A stretch of 64,000 nucleotides of DNA, taken from Lentisphaeria bacterium. Its GTDB lineage: Bacteria > Verrucomicrobiota > Lentisphaeria > Victivallales > UBA1829. The stretch spans positions 794 to 64,793 of the forward strand of contig JAGCTY010000031.1 in the NCBI GenBank assembly GCA_017963105.1, written 5' to 3'. Of this stretch, positions 1 through 9,730 are shown piece after piece. The notes below the pieces were generated by a model. The model saw only the letters and a program-made list of their open reading frames with translations, did no database searches and was not told where the DNA came from. The position numbers were made by a program, and so were the translations under genes. Numbering within the stretch: position 1 is the stretch's first letter; every line of letters starts with the position of its first letter.

Positions 1-661
1 CTTCGGCGTTGATGGCGCAGGCGGCGCCCTCGTGGAAGTAGATCAGGCCGGGGACGAGCCAGACGGGAAACCCCTTCTTGTAGTCGATGCTGATGAAGAC
101 GTCGTCGGTGCGGAGGTCGATGAAGCTGATATTGGCGAGGTCGGCGATGATGTCGGAGCGGGACAGCATGGCATAGGCGTCGCCGAGGATGGAGACGGCC
201 ATGCCGGTGAGCTTGTCGACGTCGGCGAAATCGCCGATCCCGAGGTGGTGCTCCAGGATCGCGGGGCGTTTGGCGTCATAGAGATATTCGCGGTTCTTCA
301 GGCTCATCTGCAGGTCCGCCGTGGCCTTGCCGATCTGGCGCAGCAGGTAGAAGCCGAAGCCGCGACGCTTATGGCCGGGGGAACCGGCGCTCATCTTGGC
401 GAACGCTTCGCGGATGGAGTCACGGAGCGTGCGGGAGAGCCAGGTATCGAACGGCATCAGGTACTTGCTGAAATACGCCTCGCGGGCGAGCGTGTGGGAA
501 TAGGCGTCCCACCCGCCCTGCGCGAGGTAGTACCGGATGAAATACGCCCGGCGGCAGAACCGGAAGAGGTAGTGCCTGGCGAGGGACCAGGAGAACTCCT
601 CCGTCCGGATCGGCGGAAGCGGCCCGGCGGCGTTTCTGACTTCCTGTTCGAAATCTCTCAT
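1..661 (-). CDS. PD-(D/E)XK nuclease-superfamily-like protein, running off the window start
   Basis: Manually translated open frame from ATG at 661, not in the ORF track: MRDFEQEVRNAAGPLPPIRTEEFSWSLARHYLFRFCRRAYFIRYYLAQGGW... The FSWS..C.R.Y..YY..GGW start resembles PDDEXK_1-type proteins. Confidence 0.5.
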   Translation of the reverse strand, partial: MRDFEQEVRNAAGPLPPIRTEEFSWSLARHYLFRFCRRAYFIRYYLAQGGWDAYSHTLAREAYFSKYLMPFDTWLSRTLRDSIREAFAKMSAGSPGHKRRGFGFYLLRQIGKATADLQMSLKNREYLYDAKRPAILEHHLGIGDFADVDKLTGMAVSILGDAYAMLSRSDIIADLANISFIDLRTDDVFISIDYKKGFPVWLVPGLIYFHEGAACAINAE

Positions 662-685
662 GGCGCACGCGGAAGGGATGCGGGA

Positions 686-1717
686 TCAGAGGCCAGTGGC
701 GAGGTAGTAGGGGCAGCCGGCCTTCGGAAGGACGACGTTCGTGCCGGAGAGGAGCGAGTTGAACGTGACGGGCTGGGCCTTCACGCCGAACATGCCGAGG
801 AGGTCGGCGATGGAGGTGCTGGACTTGAAGCGTTCGATACGGCAGTTGTCGCGGGTGAGCCCGGCGAGTTCGAGCGCGGCGTCCTCGGCGGTCGTGAAGT
901 ATCCGATCTGGTCCACCAGGCCGTTCGCAAGCGCCTGTTCGCCGTCGAACACGCGGCCGTCTCCGAGTTCGCCCTGAGTGATCTTCTCCAGCGGAATCTT
1001 TCTGGCTTCGGCGACAATGCCGGCGAATTCCTTGTAGGCGTCCATGACGAGCGCCTGGACGACCTTGGCCTCCTCTTCGGTGGTTGGCTTGGCGGGGTTG
1101 AGCATGGCCTTCATCTTGCCGGAGGTGTAGAACTCGGGCTTGACCTTGGCCCAGTCGAGCAGGCCGGAAACGTCCACGGTGGAGATGATGACGCCGATGC
1201 TCCCGGTCATCGTGAACTTGTTCGCGACGATCTTGTCCGCGCCGCAGGCGACGTAGTAGCCGCCGCTGGCCGCCATGGTGTTCATCATGGCGACGACGGG
1301 CTTGCCGCAGAGCTTGAGCTCGTGGTAGATCTCGTCGGAGGCGGTCACTTCGCCGCCGGGGGTGTCGAGGTCGACGATGATCGCCTTCACGCCGGCGTCG
1401 TCCTTCGCGGCACGGATGAGCTTGACGATCTGTTTGGAGTTCGCGACGACTTCGCCGAAGGACTCGCCTTCGCTCGCGATCGTGCCCTTCACGTCGATGA
1501 CGGCGATCCGGCTGTCGGCGTCCTCGTTGCCGCTGATGAACTCGGTGGTGTATTCGGCCGAACCGGACTTGAACGCCGCACCGCTTTCGCCGATCGCGTT
1601 CGCGACGGTAGCGATGCACACGACGAGTCCGATGAAGCCGACGATGCAGATGACAAAGAAGACGCCGAACGCGATCAGACAGCCGCGGAAGAGTCCGCCG
1701 GAAGAATTGGAGCTCAT
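686..1717 (-). CDS. sppA: Signal peptide peptidase SppA (S49)
   Basis: N-terminal TM; motifs DTPGGEV, KPVVA, AASGGYY, TGSIGVI, GLVDQIG. Confidence 0.93.
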   Translation of the reverse strand: MSSNSSGGLFRGCLIAFGVFFVICIVGFIGLVVCIATVANAIGESGAAFKSGSAEYTTEFISGNEDADSRIAVIDVKGTIASEGESFGEVVANSKQIVKLIRAAKDDAGVKAIIVDLDTPGGEVTASDEIYHELKLCGKPVVAMMNTMAASGGYYVACGADKIVANKFTMTGSIGVIISTVDVSGLLDWAKVKPEFYTSGKMKAMLNPAKPTTEEEAKVVQALVMDAYKEFAGIVAEARKIPLEKITQGELGDGRVFDGEQALANGLVDQIGYFTTAEDAALELAGLTRDNCRIERFKSSTSIADLLGMFGVKAQPVTFNSLLSGTNVVLPKAGCPYYLATGL

Positions 1718-1798
1718 GATGAATGTTCCTTTCAGGTTTGTTCTGGTTGATATGAAGTGAAACGTTTTTTATCGTGTCGGAAGTGTCAGGTTCAGGCG

Positions 1799-2773
1799 TC
1801 AGGTCGCGCGGGTTCGGACGGCTTCGATCCGCATTTCGTCCCGTATCCGGAGCGCTTCCGCCCGGTCGAAATCCGCCGCGTACTGCGTCAGGCAGCTCGC
1901 GCAGGCAGCGGCCAGCCCGGCGGCGAAGGCGGAAACCGCGTCAGCGCCCCCCAGAAGCTCGGACAGCATGACGCCGGAACAGACGTCGCCCGCGCCCAGG
2001 GGATTGCTGAGGCCGGAAACAGGCGGGATGGAGATGCTGTGAACTGATCCGCGCCGGACGATGAACGCCCGGCCCGGGCCGTCCGTGATGGCGGCGCACT
2101 CCAGCGGGAAGCGATCAAGCAGGGCAAGTGCGGCGGCTTCCGGCTCGGAAGCGCCGGTCACAGTCAGAAGTTCGCTGCTGTTGATCTTCAGGTACCGGAC
2201 ACCTGCGGCGAGCGTTTCTTCAAAAAACGCAACGGAATCCATGAGGACGTTCTTTCCAGCGCGGACGGCATTCGCGGCAAGTCCGGCGTAAAAACCGTCC
2301 GGGGTATTGTTCGGGAGCGTGCCGCAGAGCGCGAGGGCATCGGCATCCGGAATGGCGCCCGACATGCGTTCCAGCAGGAAATCCGCGTCCTCGCGGGTAA
2401 TGGACGGCGACGGTTCGATCAGCTCGGTCATGGAGGCGCAATTCCTGCACAGGACCGTGGTGCAGCAGCGCGTTTCGCCATCGATTTCCCGGGTGACGGC
2501 CTGAATCTCCTCCTGCTGAAGCCATTCGTTGAGGTTCCGTCCATTCGTCCCGCCAGCGAACTGGTACACGACCGGGTCGGCGAGCCCCCAGGTGCGGACG
2601 GCGCGGGCGAAATTCACCCCCTTGCCGGACGCCCGGCAGTCGCGTTCCTGCGCACGGTTGACCTCATGCGGATGGAGCACATCGAACGCAAGGGTCTTCT
2701 GCCAGGACGGGTTCGGACCGCAGACGAGGATGCGCGGAAGCTTTTGCGCGGATTCGTTCAGGTTCGGGATCAT
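1799..2773 (-). CDS. PfkB-family sugar kinase (1-phosphofructokinase/tagatose-6-phosphate kinase-like)
   Basis: NPSWQKTL, SGKGVNFAR, LKINSSEL and the NPLGAGD anion-hole motif. Confidence 0.85.
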   Translation of the reverse strand: MIPNLNESAQKLPRILVCGPNPSWQKTLAFDVLHPHEVNRAQERDCRASGKGVNFARAVRTWGLADPVVYQFAGGTNGRNLNEWLQQEEIQAVTREIDGETRCCTTVLCRNCASMTELIEPSPSITREDADFLLERMSGAIPDADALALCGTLPNNTPDGFYAGLAANAVRAGKNVLMDSVAFFEETLAAGVRYLKINSSELLTVTGASEPEAAALALLDRFPLECAAITDGPGRAFIVRRGSVHSISIPPVSGLSNPLGAGDVCSGVMLSELLGGADAVSAFAAGLAAACASCLTQYAADFDRAEALRIRDEMRIEAVRTRAT

Positions 2774-4533
2774 GGCGGCGTCCCCTCTCCGGCAGCGTTT
2801 TCATCGGATCCGGGCGCGGCATTCCCGTACATGTCCATATCCGGATACGCGCGGTGCATTTTTTCAAGTTCGAGATCGAGCATCTTCCGTTCGCGCTCAG
2901 GCAGGGATTCCGGCGCGAGCGGACCAATGTCGGTGCTGTAGACGTTGATCGCAGCGTCATAGTTTCCCTCCCTGATGAGCGGGGCGGCTTTTTCATTCAG
3001 CGACGTCATAAGCTTCGCGACGGCCGCGTCGGACGCTTTTTTCAGGTCGGAAATGAGGTTGAACGCCTCCGTCGCATATTCTTCGGACGACGTGAAGGAT
3101 TCCAGGTCGTCGATGGCTTTCCTGAACCCGAAACCGTCCTTCATGGCCCGCGCGGCGGCTTTCTTCGTCTCCTCGAAGAGGCCGGACGCCTGCGAATCGA
3201 TGTTTTCCCCGCCGATCGTGATTTCCGCGTCGAGCGCCTTCGTGGACGGGCGGACGGCCGGAACGGAGGATTCCCCGGACGGCGACACGTCGAATCCGGT
3301 CGTTTCCTGCTCGGTTTCCGCCTGTTCCCGTGGTTCGGCCAGATGATTCGCCGGAGGCGCGGCGGAGCACCCTTTCAGAAGAAGCAGCCCCCCCACGGCC
3401 AGGATCAGAAGGACGAGGACGGCGGCGACAGCCGGGAGCAGCATGGATCGTTTTTCCACGGCGGAGCTGCCGGTCAGCGCGGGAGTCCGGACATACGGGA
3501 CGGCGCCGCTCGTGGTCGAGGGGAGAGGAGCGTCCGCGAGGAACGCCTCCAGGTCGGCGAGCAGTTCCTCCGGCGAACCGTAGCGGTCCTCCGGGCGTTT
3601 CTGGATGCAGCGCATGACGATGTAGTCGAAATCGATGGGAATGCCGTGCATGTAGGTGCTGGGGACAAGCGGTTCGACGGAGATGTGCATATGGCGGAGC
3701 TCAGAGCGCGTCTGCGTCTCGAAAGGAAGGCGTCCGGTCGCGAGCTGGTACATGGTCACGCCGAGCGAATAGATGTCCGACCGGATGTCGCAGGATTCCG
3801 TGTCGATGTACTGTTCCGGGGACATGTATTCGAGCGTGCCGAAGCTCGTTTTGCGGGAGGATTTGTCCGGGGCGTCTTCGTCCAGGACCAGCGCACCGTT
3901 CCCGGAGGCGGACGATCCGTCGAGCTTCGCCAGCCCGAGGTCCGTGAGCTTGTACTGTCCCTCGGCAGAGAGCATGATGTTGTCCGGCTTGATGTCGCGG
4001 TGGACGATGCCGAGCCCGGCGGTCACGACGAGCGCGCGGCAGACTTCCGCGCCGATCCGCGCCGCCTCGCCGGGCGGGAAGGACCCGTTCTTCTGGATGC
4101 TGTCGGCGAGCGTGCCGCCGGAAAGGAACTCCATGGCCAGGAACGGCACGCCGTTCGCGTCCCGGCCCGTCTCATAAACCTTGACGATGTTCGGGTGGAC
4201 GGCCTTCGCATAGACCTTCGCGGCATGGAGGAACTGGTCGCGGGACGGCTTGTCGGCGGCATATTCGGGGAGGAGCGTCTTGACCGCGACGGGAACGCCG
4301 AGGTCGGGGTGGATGCCCTCATAGACGCAGTTCGACGCGCCGCGTCCGACGTAGCGCACGATGGAATAGCGGCCGATGGATTCGGGCGGCGGGAGGTCCG
4401 GCAGGGACAGCTCCTCCACAACCGTCGAATCGTCGATCCGGAAGGTTGCCCTGCAGGCGCAGACGGCGATCCGGCCATGGTCGACATGGGGGATTTCGCT
4501 GATTCTGAGGCATTGCGGGCAACGTATTTTCAT
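2770..4533 (-). CDS. Membrane-anchored Hanks-type Ser/Thr protein kinase with N-terminal Zn-ribbon
   Basis: N-terminal CPQC...CAC; GRGASNCVY, VAVK, HRDIKPDN, DLG, GTLEYMSPEQ, SDIYSLG; one TM followed by an extracytoplasmic helical domain. Confidence 0.92.
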   Translation of the reverse strand: MKIRCPQCLRISEIPHVDHGRIAVCACRATFRIDDSTVVEELSLPDLPPPESIGRYSIVRYVGRGASNCVYEGIHPDLGVPVAVKTLLPEYAADKPSRDQFLHAAKVYAKAVHPNIVKVYETGRDANGVPFLAMEFLSGGTLADSIQKNGSFPPGEAARIGAEVCRALVVTAGLGIVHRDIKPDNIMLSAEGQYKLTDLGLAKLDGSSASGNGALVLDEDAPDKSSRKTSFGTLEYMSPEQYIDTESCDIRSDIYSLGVTMYQLATGRLPFETQTRSELRHMHISVEPLVPSTYMHGIPIDFDYIVMRCIQKRPEDRYGSPEELLADLEAFLADAPLPSTTSGAVPYVRTPALTGSSAVEKRSMLLPAVAAVLVLLILAVGGLLLLKGCSAAPPANHLAEPREQAETEQETTGFDVSPSGESSVPAVRPSTKALDAEITIGGENIDSQASGLFEETKKAAARAMKDGFGFRKAIDDLESFTSSEEYATEAFNLISDLKKASDAAVAKLMTSLNEKAAPLIREGNYDAAINVYSTDIGPLAPESLPERERKMLDLELEKMHRAYPDMDMYGNAAPGSDENAAGEGTPP

Positions 4534-4555
4534 GGCGGGCCGGTGAGGTACTGGA

Positions 4556-5695
4556 TCAGGATTTGGAACGGGCGGTTTTCAGGGAGTTTTCGATAAAGCG
4601 GATGACGTTGGAGGCGGCATCCGGCTGCGCCATGGCGAGCGCCTTCCTGCCCGCCTCGCGGAATTTGTCCGGGGCGTCCAGAAATTCGGTAAGGATGCCG
4701 CGGAAAACCGAGGGGGAGCATTCGGCGTTCGGGACGATCCGGGCGGCCCCCGTTTGCGCCAGCAGGCGCGCGTTGTCGTCCTGGTGCCCCTCGGCGGCGT
4801 ACGGATACGGGATCAGGACGGCATAGCGCCCGAAGATGGCGAGTTCGGAGACGGTGCTTCCGCCGGCCCGGCACACCACGAGGTCCGCCGCCATGTAGAG
4901 GTTCTGCATGTCCGAGGCGGATTCGAGCGTGAGCGCGTTGATGCCGCACGCGGAATACTTGTCGTGGATGGCGTCGTATTTGCCGGGTCCGGACAGATGA
5001 ATGACCTGGAGCGACTTCGCGCCCGGGTGGTCGATCGGGATCGTGAAATTCTCGTTGATGGCCGCCGCGCCCAGCGAGCCGCCGAACACGAGGACGACAG
5101 GCCGGTCGGGTGCGAACGACGTGCCGCGCGTGGCGTTGATGCGGGCGACGGCCTCGGCCTTGGACGCGGGGACGTCCTCCAGCAGGGCCTTGCGGAGCGG
5201 AAGCCCGGTCACGGCGGAGGGACAATGCAGGGTGTTTCCATTGACGGCGGGGAAGGAAAGCGCGATGCCGGAGGCGATGCGGCTGAAGAGCCGGTTGGAC
5301 TTGCCGATGCGGGCGTTGCCGTCGTGGAGGAAGAGCGGGATGCCGGCGAACCTGGCGGCGACGGAGGCCGGAATGGAGGGAAACGCGCCCATGGAGAGGA
5401 CGGCGTCCGGCTTGAACTCGCGGAAGATCGCGCGCGCCTCGCGGACGCCTTTTATCTGCTGCGACAGGAAGCGGAACGCGGCGGAGGGGCTTTTCGCGAG
5501 TGGGGCGCAGGAGACGCGCCGGTATTCGATGCCGTTCTTTTCCGCGGTCTTCGACTGTTCCTCGAAGTGCTTGCCTCCGAGGATGAGCAGAGGTTTCCCG
5601 CCCGCGTCGCGGAACGCGCAGGCCGTGCTCAGGCCGGGATTGAAATGGCCGCCCGTGCCGCCGCAGCTGATGACAAGTCGGTTCAGTTCCTGCAT
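4556..5695 (-). CDS. murG: Undecaprenyldiphospho-muramoylpentapeptide GlcNAc transferase MurG
   Basis: GGTGGH, FGGSLGA, CRAGGSTVSE, LIPYP..HQ..NA. Start placed at MQELNRL (ATG 5695) after a GGAGA RBS. Confidence 0.95.
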   Translation of the reverse strand: MQELNRLVISCGGTGGHFNPGLSTACAFRDAGGKPLLILGGKHFEEQSKTAEKNGIEYRRVSCAPLAKSPSAAFRFLSQQIKGVREARAIFREFKPDAVLSMGAFPSIPASVAARFAGIPLFLHDGNARIGKSNRLFSRIASGIALSFPAVNGNTLHCPSAVTGLPLRKALLEDVPASKAEAVARINATRGTSFAPDRPVVLVFGGSLGAAAINENFTIPIDHPGAKSLQVIHLSGPGKYDAIHDKYSACGINALTLESASDMQNLYMAADLVVCRAGGSTVSELAIFGRYAVLIPYPYAAEGHQDDNARLLAQTGAARIVPNAECSPSVFRGILTEFLDAPDKFREAGRKALAMAQPDAASNVIRFIENSLKTARSKS

Positions 5696-5706
5696 GGTCT
5701 CTCCCT

Positions 5707-6933
5707 TCAGGATGATTGCTCCGCGCCCTCCGGCACGGAGGGACGTCTGAAATGAAGCCGTTTCCCGGCCCAGGCAAGCAGCTTGTCCGGGTAGTCGGGG
5801 ACGGCGGAATCGATCGCCACGCTCGCGACGCACGCCGAGGCGATAAGGCACGCGAGCAGATTGCTGCCGCCGTAGCTGATCATGGGCGCGGGCATTCCCT
5901 TGGTCGGGAACGCCGCCGTGATGACGCCGATGTTGATCAGCGCCTGCATCCCGATGAAGATGCTCATGCCGAACGCGATGAACATGCCCTGCCGGGTGCG
6001 CGCCTTCACACTGATGCGCAGCCCGACGAACACGAGGGTCAGGTACGCCACGATCACGGTCAGCAGCGTGATGAACCCGAGTTCCTCGCCAACGATGGAC
6101 AGGATGAAGTCGGTATGGTTCTCCGGGAGGTACAGCAGCTTGATGCGGCTTTCCGTGAAGCCGACTCCTGTCCAGCCGCCCGACCCGAGCGCAAGCAGCG
6201 AGTTCCACAGCTGATACCCGGAGGTCATCTTGTACGCCTCGGCGTCCATGAACACCGTGAGGCGGCTCCAGCGCATCGCGTCGAAATGCTTGATGAAGAG
6301 CACGGCGGCCGGCGGCAGGACGAGCGCGAACGGAAGGATATACCGCAGGCGCATCCCCGCCACGAAGAGCATCAGCAGATACAGCGAGCCGAGCAGGACG
6401 GTCGTGCCCAGGTCCTCGCCGAACAGGACCAGCAGGACGGTCGGAGCGACCCAGACGCCGCTCGGGAACATGACTTTTTTGAACGGTTCGCTTTCCAGAT
6501 CGCGCGTGCGCGAAGCGAGGAATTTCGCCATGAAGAGCGTGATGACGACCTTGCCCAGCTCGGACGGCTGAAGCGTGAATCCTGCGAACTGGATCCAGCG
6601 GCGGGCCCCGTTGATCGGTTTGCAGAAGAGGGCCCAGACCAGAAGCACGTCCAGCACGAGGACCATGACCGGGCTCCAGTCGGAGAGGCGTTTACTGCCG
6701 ATCAACACCGCGCCCACGCCCGCAATAACCCCGATGATCATCCACATCAGCTGTTTCGTGAAATAGGAGCTGCCCTGCGTGACGAACGAGGTGGAATACA
6801 GCATGATGAGCCCGAAAAGTGTGATCATGAACGCGAAAAGGATAAAGACGACGAGTTCGGGTAGCGCCGGTTTCTTCGGCTGTTCGATGGTCTGCACGTC
6901 GGGCTGCGGCTTGATGGGCTGACGGATTTTCAT
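5707..6933 (-). CDS. ftsW: SEDS peptidoglycan polymerase FtsW
   Basis: NGARRWI, QPSELGK, LPENHTDFI, EELG, PTKG..P.ISYGGS; lies directly upstream of murG. Confidence 0.93.
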   Translation of the reverse strand: MKIRQPIKPQPDVQTIEQPKKPALPELVVFILFAFMITLFGLIMLYSTSFVTQGSSYFTKQLMWMIIGVIAGVGAVLIGSKRLSDWSPVMVLVLDVLLVWALFCKPINGARRWIQFAGFTLQPSELGKVVITLFMAKFLASRTRDLESEPFKKVMFPSGVWVAPTVLLVLFGEDLGTTVLLGSLYLLMLFVAGMRLRYILPFALVLPPAAVLFIKHFDAMRWSRLTVFMDAEAYKMTSGYQLWNSLLALGSGGWTGVGFTESRIKLLYLPENHTDFILSIVGEELGFITLLTVIVAYLTLVFVGLRISVKARTRQGMFIAFGMSIFIGMQALINIGVITAAFPTKGMPAPMISYGGSNLLACLIASACVASVAIDSAVPDYPDKLLAWAGKRLHFRRPSVPEGAEQSS

Positions 6934-7220
6934 GTGTGTCTAAATACTGCGCGTGAGAGGTCCGGAAAAAAACAGATATGATAACCTAATCCAATTTTGC
7001 CGCAGTACAACCCGAAAACCGACTTTTTTTATAAAAAAGTCCGAAAAAATGTCCCCGGACATGTTTTTTGCTTGAAATCCGCCTTCCGGAGGGGCATATT
7101 ATTAATCCGCCCGCCGGTTATTTTTCCGTACCGGGAAGGCGCAGCCTTCACCGCGGCGGCGCCTGGTGTCGCACCGGCGCCCCGGACAGACCGGCAGCCA
7201 GAACAAGCCCCTCCCAGCCC

Positions 7221-7883
7221 ATGAAACATAACCTCATTCTGTCCTTTCTCTGCATGATCCTCTGCATCGGCATTGCGTCCTGCCGTTCCACCGCGGCGGC
7301 GGACTCCGAAACCGTCGGCGCATCGGAAGTCGTGGAAATCGAGGACTGCGTGCTGGATGCGCCGTGCGTGCTGGTGACGCCGGACGTGCTCGGCACGCTC
7401 CCGGAAGCAGTCCGGGACGAGGCGGAAAAGCACTGCGGCAAACCCGGCGTCGCTGTGGTCGCGTCGAGCTTGCGCCCGCTCTATTTCCGGATGATCCGGC
7501 GGCAGGAACGGCTCCTGCTCGGAAGCAACGAGAGCCCCGTTGTGCGGAACACCGTTTTTTTGAGCGTGATCACCGGGCTCGGCGAGGCGGCGGACTCCAT
7601 CCGGGGCATCGCGGTCGAAAACCCGGATTCGCCTGCCCCGTGGGACCTTGGCGTCTTCATGAAACGCTATCCCGAACTTTCCGACCGCATCGCCGCCCTC
7701 CCGCCAGGCGACGACCGTCTCGTCGCCCTCGAGCCCGCGGCGCGCGAACTGCTGAAACGCGGATCGACGCGCGTCATGCTGGAACGGCATTCCCGGACGA
7801 AAGATCCGGCGGCGATCGGGGAAGCGGCACAGGCCGAACGGGACCAGATCGGCGTCCTGGAAGAAATCCTGAACTCGAAATAG
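7221..7883 (+). CDS. Hypothetical lipoprotein
   Basis: MKHNLILSFLCMILCIGIASC lipobox-like signal. Confidence 0.6.
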   Translation: MKHNLILSFLCMILCIGIASCRSTAAADSETVGASEVVEIEDCVLDAPCVLVTPDVLGTLPEAVRDEAEKHCGKPGVAVVASSLRPLYFRMIRRQERLLLGSNESPVVRNTVFLSVITGLGEAADSIRGIAVENPDSPAPWDLGVFMKRYPELSDRIAALPPGDDRLVALEPAARELLKRGSTRVMLERHSRTKDPAAIGEAAQAERDQIGVLEEILNSK

Positions 7884-7970
7884 GCTGGTTCGAGGGCAAA
7901 AAAAACGCACGGCTGTCCGGCTTGCAGACAACTGTGCGTTATGTTTTTGTGAAAGCGGGGCGAATGGCGC

Positions 7971-8450
7971 TCAGGACGACGTCGAACCCGATCCCGCCGA
8001 CGCGGTCGATCCGGAGACGGTCTCCGTTTCCGGTTCCGACGGGGACAGTGCGGCGACCGTCAGGCACGCTGCCGCGCGGGCGTCCGGGCAGTCCAGCAGG
8101 CGGAACGACTCCGGGATGAACACGATGTCGCCGGACTGAAGGCCGTCCGCCGGGAACAGCTCCTGAAGCGTGTCGAACCTGGCGAGCGCGGCGGCGGTGC
8201 GGGCGTCGTTGGACCCCGCCAGCACGTCGACCAGGATCAGGTGGAACTGCTGGCGGCGCGTGAGCGTGCTGTCCGTAAAGACGCCGTCGCCCGCGAGAAT
8301 GAGCACGCATGGCGGACGGAGCCCGGCGGGCAGGCATCTGGCCTGGACCGCCGTTTCGGGCGTTCCGGCGGTCACGAATCCGACGGCGGGAAACGAATCT
8401 GCGACGATGGATTTCAGAGCGTTCGCGACGGTAAGCGTGGCGGCGGTCAT
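7971..8450 (-). CDS. Putative Mu gp37-like tail-completion protein
   Basis: 159 aa (MTAATLTVANALKSIVADSFP...PPCVLIL..F.LILVD). Its ATG overlaps the portal TGA (ATGA). Size and pattern fit Mu-type tail terminators; the assignment is tentative. Confidence 0.45.
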   Translation of the reverse strand: MTAATLTVANALKSIVADSFPAVGFVTAGTPETAVQARCLPAGLRPPCVLILAGDGVFTDSTLTRRQQFHLILVDVLAGSNDARTAAALARFDTLQELFPADGLQSGDIVFIPESFRLLDCPDARAAACLTVAALSPSEPETETVSGSTASAGSGSTSS

Positions 8451-9679
8451 GGGCGCACCTCCGGGGCGGATTCGGCGCGCTTCAGCGAGATGCCGAACCG
8501 GGCGGAAATCTCCTCGGGATCGGCGTCGAGCCCGGCACGGTGGAGCGTTTCCACGATGCCCGCAAAAACGGCACGGTCCTCCTGCGCGGAGTCGCGGAAC
8601 CGCAGGACGGGGACGGCCGCCGCATCGCCGAAATTGAACTTGGTCCACGGGACGGCGAGCTGGGAGCGGACGGTCGATTCGATCGCGCGGGCGTCGGCCT
8701 CCAGCAGGTCGCTCCTGACGCGGCTCTGCGCGTCGCCGCCGGAAAGGCCGCCGGATTCGGACGAGCTGGCGAGCTGTCCGAGGAGGACCTTCGTAATCGC
8801 CTTCGAGGTGTACTCCAGGAGCTTGAAGTAGACGTCGCCGCCCGAATTCGACGCCTGGAGGAGCTCCAGTTCGGTCGACTTCGTGAACACGCCGCCTCCG
8901 TTCGGCCCGAAGCTCCGGATCAGGTTCCGCATCACGCCGCGTTCGTTCTCCCACGCGCTGCGGTCGACCTTCGCCACCACGAACGGCATCCCGTAGCGCT
9001 CGACGAACGACACGAGGTCCTTCACCGGGTAATTCTGGAACACGTGCAGCCAGATCAGCGTCCGGATGAGCCCGGCCCGCGCCGGATCGCCCGCGCCGCC
9101 GTGCGTATGGACGATGAACTTCGCCGGAGGCAGAGGTACGCCCGCCCGGTCGTCGTCCGTCACGAGCAGCGGCGTTTCCGAGCCGCGGAACGTGAAATGC
9201 CAGGCGCCGACGGGCCGGAACCCGGCCAGCGAACCGCCCGCGCCCCAGACGATCTCGGCGGCGGAAAGCGGTGCGATCACGGCGTCCATCAGGTGGCCGG
9301 CGAGCTCGTGGAACGATGCCAGGCCGGGCTCGCCGCCGGATTCCCTCAGCGCGGCTTCGAACGCCTGCGCGGCTTCCTTCGAAGCCGGGCGGCCGTCGCC
9401 GGGTTCGACGCCCCAGTCGAGGCCGGTCAGCGCGCTTTTCCGCACCTGCATCGCCAGGATGACTTCCCAGTTTCGTTCCTGGATCTCGCGGGCGGCGACG
9501 GCGAGTTCCGCGATGTCGCCCTCGTTCGCGGCCTCCAGGATGCGCGAGACGTTCACGGGCGTATACTCGGAGGTCTGGAGCCAGCGGGCGCGGTCACCGG
9601 GCGCGGCGGCGATCCAGCTGCCAGGCGCGGGCGTTCCGCCGTCCCTTGCGGCGGTTCGGACTGAATGGTTCAGTTTCAT
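8447..9679 (-). CDS. Mu-like phage portal protein (gp29, DUF935)
   Basis: RKSALTGLDW, EIVW, PPAKFIVH, GLIRTLIW, FVERYGMP, ITKVLLGQ and DLLEADARAI.STV are DUF935 hallmarks. Confidence 0.9.
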   Translation of the reverse strand: MKLNHSVRTAARDGGTPAPGSWIAAAPGDRARWLQTSEYTPVNVSRILEAANEGDIAELAVAAREIQERNWEVILAMQVRKSALTGLDWGVEPGDGRPASKEAAQAFEAALRESGGEPGLASFHELAGHLMDAVIAPLSAAEIVWGAGGSLAGFRPVGAWHFTFRGSETPLLVTDDDRAGVPLPPAKFIVHTHGGAGDPARAGLIRTLIWLHVFQNYPVKDLVSFVERYGMPFVVAKVDRSAWENERGVMRNLIRSFGPNGGGVFTKSTELELLQASNSGGDVYFKLLEYTSKAITKVLLGQLASSSESGGLSGGDAQSRVRSDLLEADARAIESTVRSQLAVPWTKFNFGDAAAVPVLRFRDSAQEDRAVFAGIVETLHRAGLDADPEEISARFGISLKRAESAPEVRP

Positions 9680-9699
9680 GTTCGGATTCCTTATGGGGT

Positions 9700-9729
9700 T
9701 GAGGTTGATGTGAGGTTGATGTGAGGCTG
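9700..9729. repeat. 11-bp tandem repeat TGAGGTTGATG, about 2.7 units
   Basis: Units at 9700 and 9711, with a partial unit at 9722, in the spacer between the gp27-like gene and the portal. Confidence 0.85.
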
Positions 9730-9730
9730 T

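Noticed and set aside
32-1750. Long alternative-frame ORFs (for example 32-1750, 12639-14789, 21783-24689, 31329-34121, 58796-61072)
   Set aside because: Antisense or shifted shadows of well-supported genes, as expected in high-GC DNA.
9690-9730. Minus-strand CCTCACATCAACC resembling the start of the array repeat
   Set aside because: Short, low-complexity C/A-rich similarity that lacks the CCGACTAACCCCGAC core.
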